Below are positions 14,301 to 29,597 of a DNA stretch of 64,000 nt, piece after piece. A model generated the notes under the pieces. It did no database searches and was not told the DNA's origin. It saw nothing but the letters and a program-made list of their open reading frames with translations. Source of the DNA: Tubiluchus corallicola (Eukaryota > Animalia > Priapulida); the NCBI GenBank assembly GCA_030141605.1, contig JAQGDQ010000170.1, forward strand, positions 372,001 through 436,000. Reading direction: 5' to 3'. Made by a program: the position numbers and the translations under genes. Each line of letters begins with the position of its first letter. Position 1 is the first letter of the stretch.

Positions 14301-15054
14301 AGTTTTTCATTTCATCACTTTAGTGCAGTGCATCTGATATTCCTAGTTTTTCCGCTTTCAAAATTTGCTACCGGAAAGGAGCCTTTTCTTGTTGTGCAAA
14401 ATAATGCAAAACGTGCAAAAAATAAGTCGAGAACCGTGATCCACAAAGCTAATCCAAACCACAAGAAAATGTCAAAAAACGGGAAAATTGTAAACAACAC
14501 ACCATTTTATAGACAAAAGTCGCAAGATATATATACCAAAATTAATTATAACCATGAATCATCAATTTTCCCTCCCTAATAGCAAACTGTCTCAAATTTC
14601 TTTTGCCTCATTTTTCCCCGCGATGGCCAATATTCTGAGCCAGAAATTCTGTAACATTTATCTTTCTGTAACATTTAGTCTTAGAACTAGGGCGTCCCCG
14701 GCAGCCATGAAACTATAAATCTTACCTCATCCGAAGGGATTGCGGGAAGAATGTCAAGGTGAGAAGAGGAAACTGTAACTAGCGCAACAGTTGCCAGTTC
14801 TAGAACTTCACTGATTAATGGCCAGTAATTATAAATGAACAAGTCGTCCTTATCCCAATTTGCCAATGCCTGTAACCAATGACCAAGTTGTTGATGTGAG
14901 GGTTTGCATGAAACATGCATCCACAGGAGCTGTTTGGGTGTGGTCTCTCACCTATATCATCAGTCAAGATTGTTTAAGAAAAACCGAATATCAGCATCAT
15001 TTACAACGTAAATAATAACGAAGGCTGAAAAACGATTGCGGTGTTTCTGAGGTC

Positions 15055-15500
15055 GAATGAATGAACGAATAAATGAATAAATGGATAGATGAACGAACGA
15101 ACGAGCTAGAGAACGAAAAAAAGAAAAAGGAAAGATGGAAGGAACGAAGTCATCAAGCGACAAACGAATGAATAAACGAATGAACAAATGAATGAAAAAT
15201 TATTGAGTGAGCTGATAGAGAACGTATGGCTAAAATTGAAACTAAGGAAAATAAGAAATGAAAAATAAATAGGTAGATGGGTGAATGTCAGAATAGTTTA
15301 CAACAACGGAACGATGAATGGAGGAACGAAAGAGCAAACGAAACATAACTGACAAAACAAACGAACGAAACGAGGGAACGAATAAAAAATCAAACAGATG
15401 AACTAAAGAATGAATGAAAGAATAAACAGGTGAATGATCAAGTGACCAAATAAAGAAATGAGCAAAGAAAAGAAGGAAGGACGTACTAGTGAACGAATAA
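15055..15500. repeat. Degenerate (GAAT/GAAC)n tetranucleotide, purine-rich tract
   Basis: gaatgaatgaacgaataaatgaataaatgg... decaying over about 450 bp. Confidence 0.75.
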
Positions 15501-18500
15501 GTATTAAATTCTACTTGTTTTTATTTCTTTGTTAATTTTTTCTTGCTATTCATGCTGATATTATGCTTACCAAACCAAATTAAGTGTGAACTCCAATCTA
15601 GTTGCAAAAAATCTAATTACAGACTCTTGTCTAGACAGTAATTGAAAACTTGCTAACTATCGTTGATATAAAACATTAGTGGTTTCTAGCTAGCTATCTT
15701 CTAGTTTATTGTCGCTTATTAATCATTGGCACAGATAGTGAACACAGTTAGTCCAAATAGAGATAAACAAAAGCAGATAACAATTACGTAACTATTTAGC
15801 TGCCTGGCTGTCTAAACGTATTTTAATGACTCTTAACGACGATATTAAGATTTTATTGGAAATTTTGAACAAGCTTGATGGTAACATTGAATTCAGTGCA
15901 GTAAAAACAATTTCGCTGTTTTGTAAGTAATACAACTGACTCACGATCATTCAACAAGATTTTTCTGTTTAAAACACAGCAAATGCCAGTTTAAGCAACG
16001 GCTTGTCATTTTTGGAACAATAAAAGCCAACAAAGGACTGATAACTTAGAAGTAAAAAACACAGACAGGTGTAACATAAACTTGAGATACTTGCTCAAAG
16101 GCAGTTAAGCTCTTTTTTATAGCACCACTTAGCAGTAATTTGACACTAGACGATGGTTAAGAAGGTCTAGTTTGACTATTGAACGAAAAGAGTAAATAGC
16201 TTACAGAATTTCGAACCAGCAAGATGCTTGAGCATCAACCATTATACCCAGTAGGACATGTTTAATTGACAAAAAGACAAACCAAGTACAAGGACCAAGT
16301 TAACAACACTAACGGTGCAATAAAGCAAACTCCGAATGGAATAGGCGTGGGCTTTAAAAGTCGAAATTTGAAGGAATTAAATGCACTTTTAGACAGTCTC
16401 TAAAATACAGGCTTGGCTTGATAACGCGTTAAAGGTTTCAATAAGCACTTCGTGTCGTTTTGAAAACGTACGATACATTCAGCATAATCGCGTCTGTACA
16501 TTCAAGTTGCCTTGGTCGATTAGCTGACGGCTTGTCGGAAGTGTGTAGCAACTCGAGTTCTAACTTCCCTGGAAATCGTGCCTGATTCTTTATGCCTGCG
16601 AGAACTGTAATTCGAAATGTACCGAAACTTGCTTACATCTTGTGACCACGTCACTATAACTGTGGTTAAAACTAGCTTTTCTATCTCAAGGTCGCACCGT
16701 GTCACTGCGGGTAAATAATGACAGTCATTCCGAGTTATTAGTCAATGGACAGAATACCTGCCTACTCTTCTTTTCACGATTACCTTCGAAGAAATTCTTT
16801 TGGCTTTTGCACGAAGGCAAGCGATTCTCATATCTAAATGTCTTCAACGATTTACGATCCTCGGATTCGGGTGGGAAAACCGACACTTAGACCTTTGTTC
16901 GACAACCTTTCACCCATAGCTAATAATTTTGGAACACAAACCAAATGGGCCATAAAATTTGTCTAAATCCCCTGGTGGGAAAGTTGTAACCCTGATACGG
17001 TACTCCTGTTATTTTTACAATCGGCTAAACAAAGTACAGACAATGGCCCATCGGTTAAGCAAACTAAAAAGACTGCAGGAAAATTACAAAGAGTGGACAG
17101 AGCCGACTCACTTGTAAGTCTTAACTGACAAATGAGCAATGTTAAGTAACTTATTTCAAGTAGACAAAATTACAGAGTACAATTTGAACCTAGACCAGTC
17201 AACAAACTACAAAGAAAAACTGGCAAAAATGTCAAACAAAAATGTCAGTAGAAATAAATAAGCGGTCAATGTGGCAACAAACACTGACAAAATTAGCCAA
17301 AAAACTAAAAAAAACAAAGAAAATGATATACACCAACAAAATATAAAGAAATCATTCTCACACGCTAATTCGCACATAATTTTTTATCTTTCATCGTCAT
17401 AAAAACCCGGCGACTTTCATAGTTTAAGGGCACCTATATTATCAGAATGAATAATCTTGCTGACTCCTCATTAACAAAATACAAAAATAAGCTGATAATA
17501 CAGCTGTACACTTCAGATAGTACTCATGTTCAGAAGTTACAATTAAATAATACGAAAGAATTCACTACAACATGATAACACCCAATTTCAAAGTTCGTGA
17601 ATAAGATGTAGCACTGCTAGTGAAAGTTCGTTTATTCGAGGCTTTTGTTGTGAGAGCTTGTAGTGTATTGTTGCAAGCTTGCGACCTGTGGTAAAGACCT
17701 ACCAAAATGGACTCACATTAATTGCTAGGTTGTACATACCAATGAGTTGCTGTTTTCACTAGGTCGAAACGTCAGATTGACTTCATCCAAAACCCAAAAC
17801 AAAAAAAAACTAAATAAAACCCAGTTAAGAATTTTATTTGGAGCAGAATTTCGATATTATCTTTTTGCCTTGGAAAAGATAGAACTGCCATCCATATGTA
17901 ATTAACCGAAAGCATTTCATATGTATAAAAGACTGACATACGGACTTTGTAACGCTTCTCAAGTTCTCAAGTTTAAATATATAGTTTTGATAAATTAAAA
18001 AACACGAGAAAGTATCTTGAGGAAAATCTACATCCAGAGATTGATTGCTTACATGCTTACATCTTCACTCGTTCTACTTCAAAGCCAATTAAAGACAGAA
18101 TAGCCGCGGCAGGAATACACGCTTTGACGCTATAATTCAAACAAAACGTAAAAAAGTGTTGAAACGCTGAAATATCATGCTGTCAAGCCTGCGCGTTCGC
18201 CTTTTCGATTAATCAAGGTGTTTCGCAATGGCCTTGATCAAAATCCAGTTTGGAGACTGATGATTTATCATAGCTGAGCGATAATGAAATTCAAACATTT
18301 TCTTGGTTGAGTAATGGAAATCACCAGAAATGTCAATGCGAATGCCACAAGTTCATTGGTGGATGCTGTGATAAATGTCCAAACAAGGAAGATCTTTACT
18401 TTCTAGAGCCGTAATTGGATTTTCATTAATGCTGAGCAGGTGGATGGTGATCCTGTAAACTAGGCAGAGCGTCAAATAATGATACAATTTTCCATACTGC

Positions 18501-21500
18501 TACATTTTGAAAGTGATACGTGTTAAGGTAGATTTTCACTCACCCGCTGTTTATTTTGGTATATGGCAGTTGTGTCAAACTTTGTGAAAAACACTAAGAC
18601 CTTGAATCTAACGCAGTGGCATCAATCAGGGTATGCTGAATTTGTCAGATCTTTGCTTGTCTAGGTAGATGTTACAGTTAATTTTGCTCTACTTCTGTGA
18701 GAACTGATTCCTTTATAGCTCATTGTTTTTTTTTACTTTTGACAAATTTTTCAAATCTTGGCGCAGATTTTAAACATCACATGCTACAGATATATAATTT
18801 TTCGTTTAAGAGTTTGGCTACGGCATTTGTACGATAGTTTTTATTCTACCGCAAGCCTACTTGATGACGATTATAGGGATTTGTGGTTGGACCGGACCCC
18901 GATTAAACAAAACTAATCCGTCCGTTAAAGCGACACTGAACTATCAAAGATGTTTAAACGGGTTTCTACGTCTGCCGTGAGTTTGTCTGATCGTCATATA
19001 GTTTACTACGATGTTCTTTACAATACCCTGCCAGCTTGAATTTTTCGAACAAAACGATAAATTTTGCTAACACTCACTTTCACTCCCTTTACGCGGCAAT
19101 AAACGTCTCATGCAATTAAGACGGCGGGTCAAAAGGTTTCACAATTATCGAAAAGTGAAAGCATGCAAAGTCGATTTGAGCCAAATCCATAAATGTTTTA
19201 AAGAGAATGCACAACGCAGTGTACACCGCTGTAGAGCGGGTTTGTGTATGTAATACGGTGTTAAGCACTCATGAAATAAAAGATTTTTTAATTAAATTTG
19301 CGATTTAAGCTCTATAAACCCTTCTGCGTGGTAGTTTTCGGATACCGTACTTGTAGCCCAGAAAGAAAAAAAATGTTTCGAAACAATGCTAGTGAATCGT
19401 TTACGCTCTTTATAAACTTTTGGAGTTTTCGGTTCATCTTTCCCTGCGTTTCTTTCAAAGGTAGTACAGACTACAGAAACAGTAACGAAGTTCTAAAAAT
19501 TGTGACTTATTCTTCTCAGTAACCATCATCTTCACTTTTAATACGCTAAAAAATAAACAGAGATAAACAAAAAATGCGGGTACCCATATCACGGCAGTTT
19601 GAAAGTTGAACCAAACCGTCTAGTTAAGAAATCTGTAATTAAGTTCAAAGTTACTGGAGCGACAATAAGCAAACGTACTTTTGTGATTAGGCTTTCACTT
19701 TTCACGTTGGGTGGTTATACAGTTTAAAACCAAAATAATTACTGTTCTTGGCAATAAACATTGTTTTAGGCAGCATGCAAAAATTTATTTGTGGCATTGG
19801 CGCTTGAACTATGCGCAATGCACATTGTGAATGTAGCAATAGTCTTCGCATTTTGTGTCTCCAACTATTAGTATGAAATATTCTTATCATATTAAATCGA
19901 AACCCAAAAATTTTTTGACAGAAACGTAATAAATTAAAATGCCTTTTATTATTTGTCCGTTTTGCGCTTTCATATTGACAACATTAAAAAAAGCACCGTT
20001 GCTACTATTTGTTATTGTCTCTGTTAGAAAAGACCAAACATCTAAATTCATTTCTAACCTTTTGTATCTGCCATTTTTATTCAATTTGTGTTTTTGTTAA
20101 GCAGCAAAATTTCGTTTCGAATGCTTCCAACGGTAAAGTCTTGTTGAGTGTTACAGCGTGTTCGTTTTCACATAGCAGTACCAATTTGATTTATGACATT
20201 ATTAAACTTTCAGTCAGTAATCAATCAAACCTGAATAAGTGACATCCCATTTTTCTTGACTTAATACGCGCTTATAATTATGTCTTAACTTTTATTCAGT
20301 CTCTTCACATGTTACTTCACATTTCTCACAAGTCATTTTAATCAAGGGTCTCTTACTTTCTTTCTCAAAATTGCTTTTAACAGCAATGGGCCCTTACAAA
20401 AATGATGTGAAACTTGATGTTAAAGACTAGATATGACTATAATTTCCCAAAAACTTGCAAGTAGCTTACAAAAAAGCCCGACCTTTGAAAGTATATGAGG
20501 TATATTTCATCTGGAACAAAAAAATGACAAAAGGCAGAAATACCAGTTTCCATTCATCTAATTACCAAGCAAAGCTAGGATTTAGTTTTTGCGAAAATTA
20601 ATCTTAGGCTAAACCAAGCCATTTTTCCTTTTCTATTTTACCTCAACTTATGACCTTAGCAACGTGCAGCAGCATCCCAAATGCACACACGACGATTGTA
20701 AGAAAGCAGAATCACAACAGCAACAATTCATCAAACAAGCTCTAAAGATATTAAACGCGATAATGAAAATAATCAATACATCAATGTAATTATGTGTAAC
20801 GATGCACACCTGTATTACGTAATGTGTAATCCAATCAACAGGCAAGCACACTAAAGAGAGCACTTTTGCTCTAACATACCACTGACGGTAATCTAGCTAT
20901 TTATGACGTACTTATTCCGCGTTTTGGTATGTGCGCCTAGCGGCTAGATCATGCAGACGGCTGAGCAAAATCAGCGTTGCATTACCTGTAAACAGTGACA
21001 GTAACCTGCATGAAACTGAAAGTAAAAGTTACCTGTTAAGTGGCTGATAATCTCTGCTGGCAACACTAAAATGTACTCTAACAACTGTTACAAAAATATA
21101 CTTTAAACGGGCTCACATTCATACGGGAATGAAAACGGAAGGGCTTATCCGGCAATAATCTTATAATTGAATTAGTCGTTGATATTGTATTTGGAACCAG
21201 TAATCCGGCCACATTATTTACCCCGGAAGGTTTGCCACAGCAGTTGCCGTTATCGTGGCTAAATAGATGTGAATACAGCTCTATGGTGTTATGTGGCAGT
21301 ATTCTATGATTTTCGTCTCTAATGTTGTGCCAAAATCATAGTATTTGATGGAGGAACATATTGCGCATTGCAGATGCATGTCAGATAAGATTTAGTGTAT
21401 TCGAACCTAATTTTCTCCCGTATTTAAGGAATTACTTCGTGCGTTTTTATTGGACCCTTTGGCTAAGGTAGGGCTTACATAATAAGCAAGTAGATACATT

Positions 21501-21819
21501 CTTGTTTCATGAAGTTACTTGAGATGTGAATCTTACTTACTGTTCTTTGAAGGTAACGCATTGAGAAATTCATCTACCAAAGGAAAATAGGGCATTTGAG
21601 AAGCTTGATATCCATCTAACGAAAACGTATATCACAAATTTGTTTTAGATGCTGATGCACTGCCATGTCTTGGTTTTGTATTTTATCTGCTTTCCTGAGA
21701 ACACAGATTATTCCCTCATGGATTCGTACAAACAGACAACACATAATATTTATAAACTGTGCACAGACATCACTGATGAAGACTTCGGATCACTAACTTC
21801 AGTTGGTGGTGTTAATAGC

Positions 21820-22170
<351 letters not shown>

Positions 22171-25100
22171 AGCTAATTTTAAAATAATTGTGTAATTAAC
22201 AACAATTCGTAATATTAATGACAATAAGTATGGTATTGATTTTGATTCTGACAATAACAATTCAGATAATAATGTTCTAGCTACTCCTCGTGTGAAATGT
22301 CGTAAGCAAGCGAAGTAATGCACTCATGAAATGAATAGCCTAACTGTATAATTATGTAAATTTTACCCATGTAATAATAAGGCTACTTTTTGTAATAAAC
22401 TCTAATTATCTAGTTATTATAACAAGTCGTGAGTCTTTCACACTTGGAAACATCAATATAAAGCTATAAGTAAATTATAATAGACTAGGTATGAATACAG
22501 TTAAGAACTACTATTCTTTGGCAATTAGTGTTTTATAGCTATTATTAATTCACTTTGTCTTACACAATAGCGTGAACTTTAGATTAGGCCTAATTACTAT
22601 CATATAATATGTAGTTGTCGTCCTATAAAGTATAGACAATACTTTATAATTACAATTTTTTGCGTCGTTTAACATGAACTTCAGAAACATGTTAGTATTT
22701 TAAAACTATAAAGTTTTATCTTGGTGTGCATGTTATCTCCCTTTATGAGTCATTAAATTTGAGAAATTAAAATACCATGTGTTGGATATGTTGAATACTT
22801 GGGCTCACGGGATGTCAAGTTCGAAAGATAAAACAAATAAATCATAAGACAATTACACATTTCTTCAAAGCATAACTTTCATGACATATGTTAGTTTGAG
22901 AATCGAGCTGCTTATTTTCAATGTTGTAATTGACAAAACTTTAAATATTTTACAAATAGTTTAATGGTTTTTAATATTAGTATGGTATTGCACAAAAGTA
23001 GCAATGCATTCATTTTTTATATCTGTGGCGTAAACTTTGAAAAATTGTTTCCAAAGACTGCAAATGCATATCGTTTCAGAGATATTCTTACTGTTTAGTC
23101 TTTCAACCTAATTTTTGCACTACGACATAACCCATGGGCAGGTTGTCCTATTGGACGGTCAGGAAAACTCACAACGGTCATAATATCTGACAGAAAGAGT
23201 TGAATATTTTATAGCGTTCAATGACTCTTGGTGTGTAGCAACTGTATACTTTATTTCAATTAAATTTGGAAAGAAGTTACGTTATTTTCAATAGTCGCAA
23301 GTGCCCGCAACATTTACAATTGTAAAAGTGTCATAAACCAAGACTCTTCAGCAAGCGCCACTTCAAAGTTTCCTTACAACTGTGTCGTTTTATTTTATAG
23401 CTGTGCTTTTCATTTTGCCTACAAAAATATAAAGCAATATATTTGTCTGTAGGAGCTCTCGTTACCATCTTTTCAAAACGATTTTGTTTTCGTTAATTGC
23501 AAAGATAAATGGCTCGCAAGACTCTGTGAGTATGCAAACACCTACTGTTGTTCTCTTAAGTTAAAAATAAAAAATGTTTTTAAGAGAAACGATACTATTC
23601 TGTCCATTTGTGTAGCTGTCAAAAGTCCAAATAGCCACGCAGTGTCGAAAATGAATAAGTACTTATGCTCGCGATTTGTCGACAATTTAAATTAAATTTT
23701 TGATTTTTATTGAAAAAAATTTGCGACTTAGGTGCTTTTCAGTCGTTAGTTTTTAACTATTTTCAACACTATTAGGTATGCTGATTTAGCATGATTGCGT
23801 ACGAGATTTTGCATTGTTCGCTGCTCGTGACATTGACTTTCTAATCAAGTCATCCATATAATTCGGTTTACTAGACCACACCGATTATTTGGCATAATAC
23901 GGTGATAATCTCTGATAAATCAACGAAATCGCGTAGTTTCGGAAGGGTCTTAACTGCTGTGTCATTGATTAGTTTTTTACACCAAAGATTATTGTCTGTA
24001 GTAATATTTTCTTAAGTATTGTAATGTTGGACTATTGGAATGTAGGCTTTCATTAAGTAGAATAACTATTTCCTTAGAAAATATGAAGTATAATGTTGGC
24101 GTGTAACTCAAATATTGCCTTTCCATTTGCTATAATATCTTGAGTTGAACTGATGGCACATTTAATATTTTTACTTATCCTTGTAATTTGCACTGAACAA
24201 ATATATTGTTGACAATATATAAACATTTTCTAATTGCCATAACAATATCGTTTCGAAGTTAAAATTTTTGTTTTTTGTTTTTCCCAAATTACGAAAGCGC
24301 ATTAGTGTCATTATATCCCATTACAATAAAATCAAGTTATCACCAAATTTTTTGCCATACGATTATAAAAAAATCTGGTTATTTCCAATCTTTTGCCATT
24401 AGATTGTATTGCGCTTTCGTACTAAATACTGATTCTACTCTATATTTTTTCTATTTTCACTGACAATTGCTTGGGGATCTTAATTCTTTCTACGCGACAA
24501 TGCATGTTGATTTTTGACACTTACGTTCAAGTTTTACTTTTGTAACTTTTATAATGTTTGAACTTGGAAACTGGGGCTTTGGTGCAAAACGCTTGGTTTA
24601 AGCCCATTGTTTACTTCTTTATTTTTCTTATTTGCAAATTCAAAAAAGTTAACTTAATTTTGCACCAGTTTATCAAGTTAATTCAGTTAAATTCACCAGT
24701 TTTCAGTATAAACGCAAAGAAGACCAAATACAAGCACCGTCATTTCACTATTGGATTTATTCTTTTCAAACTTGACATTTATATGAAGAGGAGCTGGACC
24801 AGGTGACTAGATGAGTTTCAGGTCCGTCGCACAACATCCACAGCATACTGTTTTATATAAAAATAGTAAAATTTCTGTTCTATATTAAGCCCCTGGTTTT
24901 GGCGGCTAGAACCGTTCTGGTCTTACTGAGCCGTCGGCTTTGAGAAGCTGCGGTAAGCACAAAATAATTACAACAAATATTAGCACGTTCAAAAATCAGA
25001 CATAAACTAGATAATGTATTGCATATCATTTAACGGACTTTTTCTGCTCTGTCACCTCCTAATAATACTAATTCCTATTAGTTCTCGTAAAATAAATTAT

Positions 25101-25865
25101 AATCTAGCCTTCGTCACATATTCTGGTTTATGGTGCTAACATGTGTCTGACGTTCTGTTTTCGATATACATTACAAAAACTATAACTATGTTTACAAGCG
25201 TTGAGTTGGTATTCATGGTGAATTGGCTAAAACCCTGAAACGATTGTTTATTTTTTTAATCTACACGCATATGCAGACATTGCTGCAGACCTAGAAATTG
25301 TAAACCACTGGAATTAGTTACGAGCATCTGACTTCGGCAAACGAATAATTATCGTAACTAGTATATATCGTTATAGACCAGCGATTAATGTAAATAAGAA
25401 AAGTAGATTAACATAACAGATCATTAATAGCTTTTAATTAAATGCTAACACCCATGATAATGAACATGTTGTGCAAATCGCATTACCATTCTTACGCCTG
25501 AATAGCGTGCAACACCTTTGTACATGGTGGTCACCTTGTATATCTCTGCCTTGACTCAGATTTGGCTGTGGACAGTTTATGCTTGTAACATCGTATACAC
25601 CTGGTGACGAATCTTATTAGAACGTGTGGCATCTTAGGCATTCGTTGGCATTTAAGTTTTGCCGTGGAATGTAAGAACAGAAATCTGGTCTAAGAAATTT
25701 TATTGGCACTAGCAGCTGTGTAACAGTGCGTGTCATTTTTCTGGCCAGGATCTATAATTATTAAAGCTTATTATTTAACTTGCAACTAAGGCAGGAATTT
25801 TCAGACTCATATTCAATAAAACTGCAATTTGGAGGAAGTTTCAGTGAGCTCATTTTTAGTGAGCT

Positions 25866-26171
25866 AAGTAAGTAAGTAAGTAAGTAAGTAGCTAGGTAGG
25901 TAGATATGTAAGTAGGTACATAGATGTGTAAGTAAGCAGGTGGTTAGAAAGGTAAGTAAGCAGTTCCTTTAAGTGCTAGGTAGCATTACAGAGTGGATAG
26001 AAGTTTCTTTCTTATTAACTTAATTTGACACTGACTCTGTTGTTTACTTATATTCACCTAAAGCTTGTCTGCCTAACTACCTACTTACATACATGCCTAC
26101 CTACCTACCTATATATCCACTTACTATCCTATATGCTACTTGTTTACTTGCTTGCTAGCTTACGCACTTAC
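25866..26171. repeat. Two oppositely oriented degenerate tetranucleotide tracts: (AAGT/AGGT)n then (ACTT/ACCT)n
   Basis: 25866-25962 aagtaagtaagt..aggtaggtag; 26044-26171 ctacctacttac..cctacctacctac. Confidence 0.75.
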
Positions 26172-29100
26172 AGATTCACACACACGAAAATCTTACTTGA
26201 CAGAAATCTATATTCTGTACAACGAGTGAATCGTGACGTACGCAAAAATACAAGACTGAAAGAGTGGACAGCTATTAATGAAACTTCTTTGTTTATTGTA
26301 GACAAAGGCAAGGGAGTTTTTGGAAGAAAAACTTATTTAAATTATCTTGTCGTAGTTGAAATATTCGACCTTGATCATGTTGTAGCCAACTTTCTCTTCA
26401 CCTAATAATGAGATAATACTCCGTGGAATGTTGGGTCGTGCTCGATGTCATTCAGCGTATAATTTTTTTTGTTAAACTGTCACAACGTCTCACCACGCTG
26501 GGTCAAACCAAAGTTAACAATTAGCGAGGGAAGCAGCCAATAATTGACAAGCTTGTGAGTGTGAAATTAAAATTAATAACGTACGTTGAAATAACCTTTA
26601 TGCAGAAAAGTGATTTTTACATTTTATTCATTATGATATTAGCAAAACAAGTAGACCTTAAACATTCTCGTTATGCTCTATTTTTCTTTAAAACTATTTA
26701 ACAATTGCGATTTAAAATTACCAATTTTATTGTTTCACGTATTTTGGTATAAATTAAAGGAGGTCTTCGAAAATTTGATCATACTTTATTAAAATTTAAG
26801 TGCTGCTGTTAAACTATCCGTACAGTATAAGTGAGAAAGGAGAAAAATAACTGTTGCTATAGAATTGTATGATAATGTATATATGTTACTCCGAAGTACA
26901 TGCTACGTACAATAAGCAGCTTTAATAATGTCCCTTAATCTTGGGTTATTTTCTTGGTTGTATGTTCTAAATGTCTCCACATTGTATCAATTTCTTTTCT
27001 CTCATTTCGTTTATAGATTTTTAACAGCTCATGTACTTTAAAACCAGGTTCTCGCGGATATTAGAGACTCAGTATAGTTCAGTTGTATAAATAATAAAAG
27101 GAAGAGTTTCTAAATTTCACTTTTTAAAAAATGCGTTCAAAACAACCCAAAAACTGTGTTTACATTTAACGACATCATGCGTATAATTTTATAAGTATGT
27201 AAGATAACTTTCTAAACAATAAACAAAATGTTATTAGTAAAATAACACAAGAACCTCATCTCATGTTTTTACGCGAGAGTCTGTTCACATATGAGCGCGG
27301 GCATGCTCGTGTTACATCAGCCTATATACTCTCGCAATCAATCGTGAATGTATGTATTAAAATTGTTGCCGTTTTCAGTAGATGGTAACTTAGTAGATAG
27401 GCTTAATATTCTTTAAATGCTCAGTTCATGTTATCATTCAGTTATGTTGTTAAGAAATCTAGATACAAAATGATCAATGCCAAGTAATGCCTTGGGTGTC
27501 ATCTCTGAGATATCAATACCTAAAAACTGACCCCTGTATTGTATTTATATGTTTGTTTAACAGTTTTTAAGGGTTGGGGCGTTCACCATAAAATTCACTC
27601 TTTTCTACTTCTTCTGGAAGGATGTACTTATTGAAGGACTGTTAATATAAAACAGTCTTTGTATCATCCCTTCAAGGCGTGAACTCGCTTACTCCCTCTA
27701 TAAAAACAATTTTGTGTAGAATGTTTCGGTTATATAAATATTTTTTCTATTTTTTCACTGATTATTTTTTTATTTCACTTTCACTATTTTTCTATTTCAC
27801 GGCGTAATATTTTACACAGTCTATTAAGTAACGAAATTTCGATTAGCATTCTACCAAGAAAATAATCTACCAAAACATGCTGTCTTGACAGACGTTCTGA
27901 TGTCTAATATATTCAACTTTTTAATTATGCATGAAAATCGTTATTGTAAATTCATAATTTTGTATATAAACGCAGCGAAGATTCATATCTGCAGGCTGGC
28001 TTGGAAAAAGTCATTTTTTGAGTAGTTTCACCACAATTTACGATGCAACAAATGGCATATTTCTTTCATTGCAACCTTCAACAGACAATTATTTTACAAC
28101 AACACATTTGCTAAATCTTATTTATGTTTTATCATTGAGTTATATGAGCTATGGCTGTTTTATGACACAACTTGAATTTGTCTCAGACATTACTTTTTTA
28201 TGGCGTTGTAAGCATGTGGGTGGTTGTTTATCAATTAACTATAATTAGACCTTTGGTTAAGTAATTTACTTAAAACGTTTTAGATCTTATTATGAAAGTC
28301 TGTGTCAATAAAATGGGCTAAACTGTCACTCTAAATTAGTTTTAAAGCCATATATTTAGCTCTGCATCGACTGGACTGAAACGCAGTGCTCTTAAACTCT
28401 TTGACTATTAAGTATTTATTAAACCGTGTTATTGAGGGCTCTCGTGCCACTATCAAAGAATAATCTATTATTGCACAGGTGAAAGGCCACAGGTGAAAAT
28501 AATTTATGTGGCCGAAATTCCTGAGTTATTATCATTAACCAATAAAAGCAATAATTTCAACGAAATTGCAAGTTGTTTATAAAACCGTGGCACCATAAGG
28601 ATAACGGATATATTCTAGATCCTAGGGTAAATAATTCAACAATTATATTTTATTGTAGTGGTTTTAAATGGAAATTGTTATATTACTATTTCACGCACTT
28701 GCTTAATTATGCGGTTTTAAAAAACTGCAGTGCATCGTTCGCGCATGCAAGTCGCGGAAGAAGCAATTATCACATTACTGTTTTTTAAATTACATTATCA
28801 TAGGCTACTAAGCCCACTAGTAGCATGCCACTAAGTGATTAAAAGCATTATATAAAAGTCCTTTAGTTAGAACCCGAGAAAAGTTTCTCAAAACGCACAG
28901 CAGTTCTTTTATAATATTAAATATATAAAAATTTCAAACGAATTATTGTTTCTATCATTTCTCCCTGGAGTATCTGTTAAGACATCAATGATGATTGATC
29001 AATATTGTAATAATTATCCAAATAAATTAATGACGTCATCAATCACACCTCGCTATGCCGCTAAAGTTAACGCTCGTAGAAAATTCCAGAAATGACAAAT

Positions 29101-29597
29101 ATCGTATTCGCTGGAAGATTGTAGTTTATAGATCTCTAGGTACGTTTTGATTCTCCATATTAGTATAACCAAGTTTATAGACTACAATTGACAAAGTGCT
29201 AAAATAAATTTTAGGTAAATTGCCCTTATATACGGTTGTATGGTATAAAATTATTAGACGCGTAGCTACCACGCCCAAAGTAATAAAAAAACTGTTTCTG
29301 GGCTATAAAATAGTCGTGTACGTGCTGCGGACTGCATTAATATTATCCTTCAAACATAGTAGTGCAAAATATTAAGCGACAGGGGTTGACCGCTGACCAG
29401 GCCGATCAGAGTAGAGTGACTGGCGAACAAAAAAGCACCAACTGAACCCAAAGGTCTGCGTAACCATAATCATAATCTTTTATTTCGTCTTGACACACAT
29501 TATAAAACATGCAACAGTTATTTTAAAAACAATATCGTGAAGAAGAGGCAGTGAAAGACCAAGTGGTCATCCAGTCAGCTGCTCCAGTATTAGTACT

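Noticed and set aside
24796-24826. TGACTAGAT (miR-279-like seed) within a small GGACC...GGTCC hairpin
   Set aside because: The stem is far too short and the seed lies in the loop region
27617-27673. Hairpin gaaggatgtac...aaggactgtt-aatataa-aacagtcttt...catcccttc as a pre-miRNA
   Set aside because: Large asymmetric bulge and no match to a miRNA family I recognise
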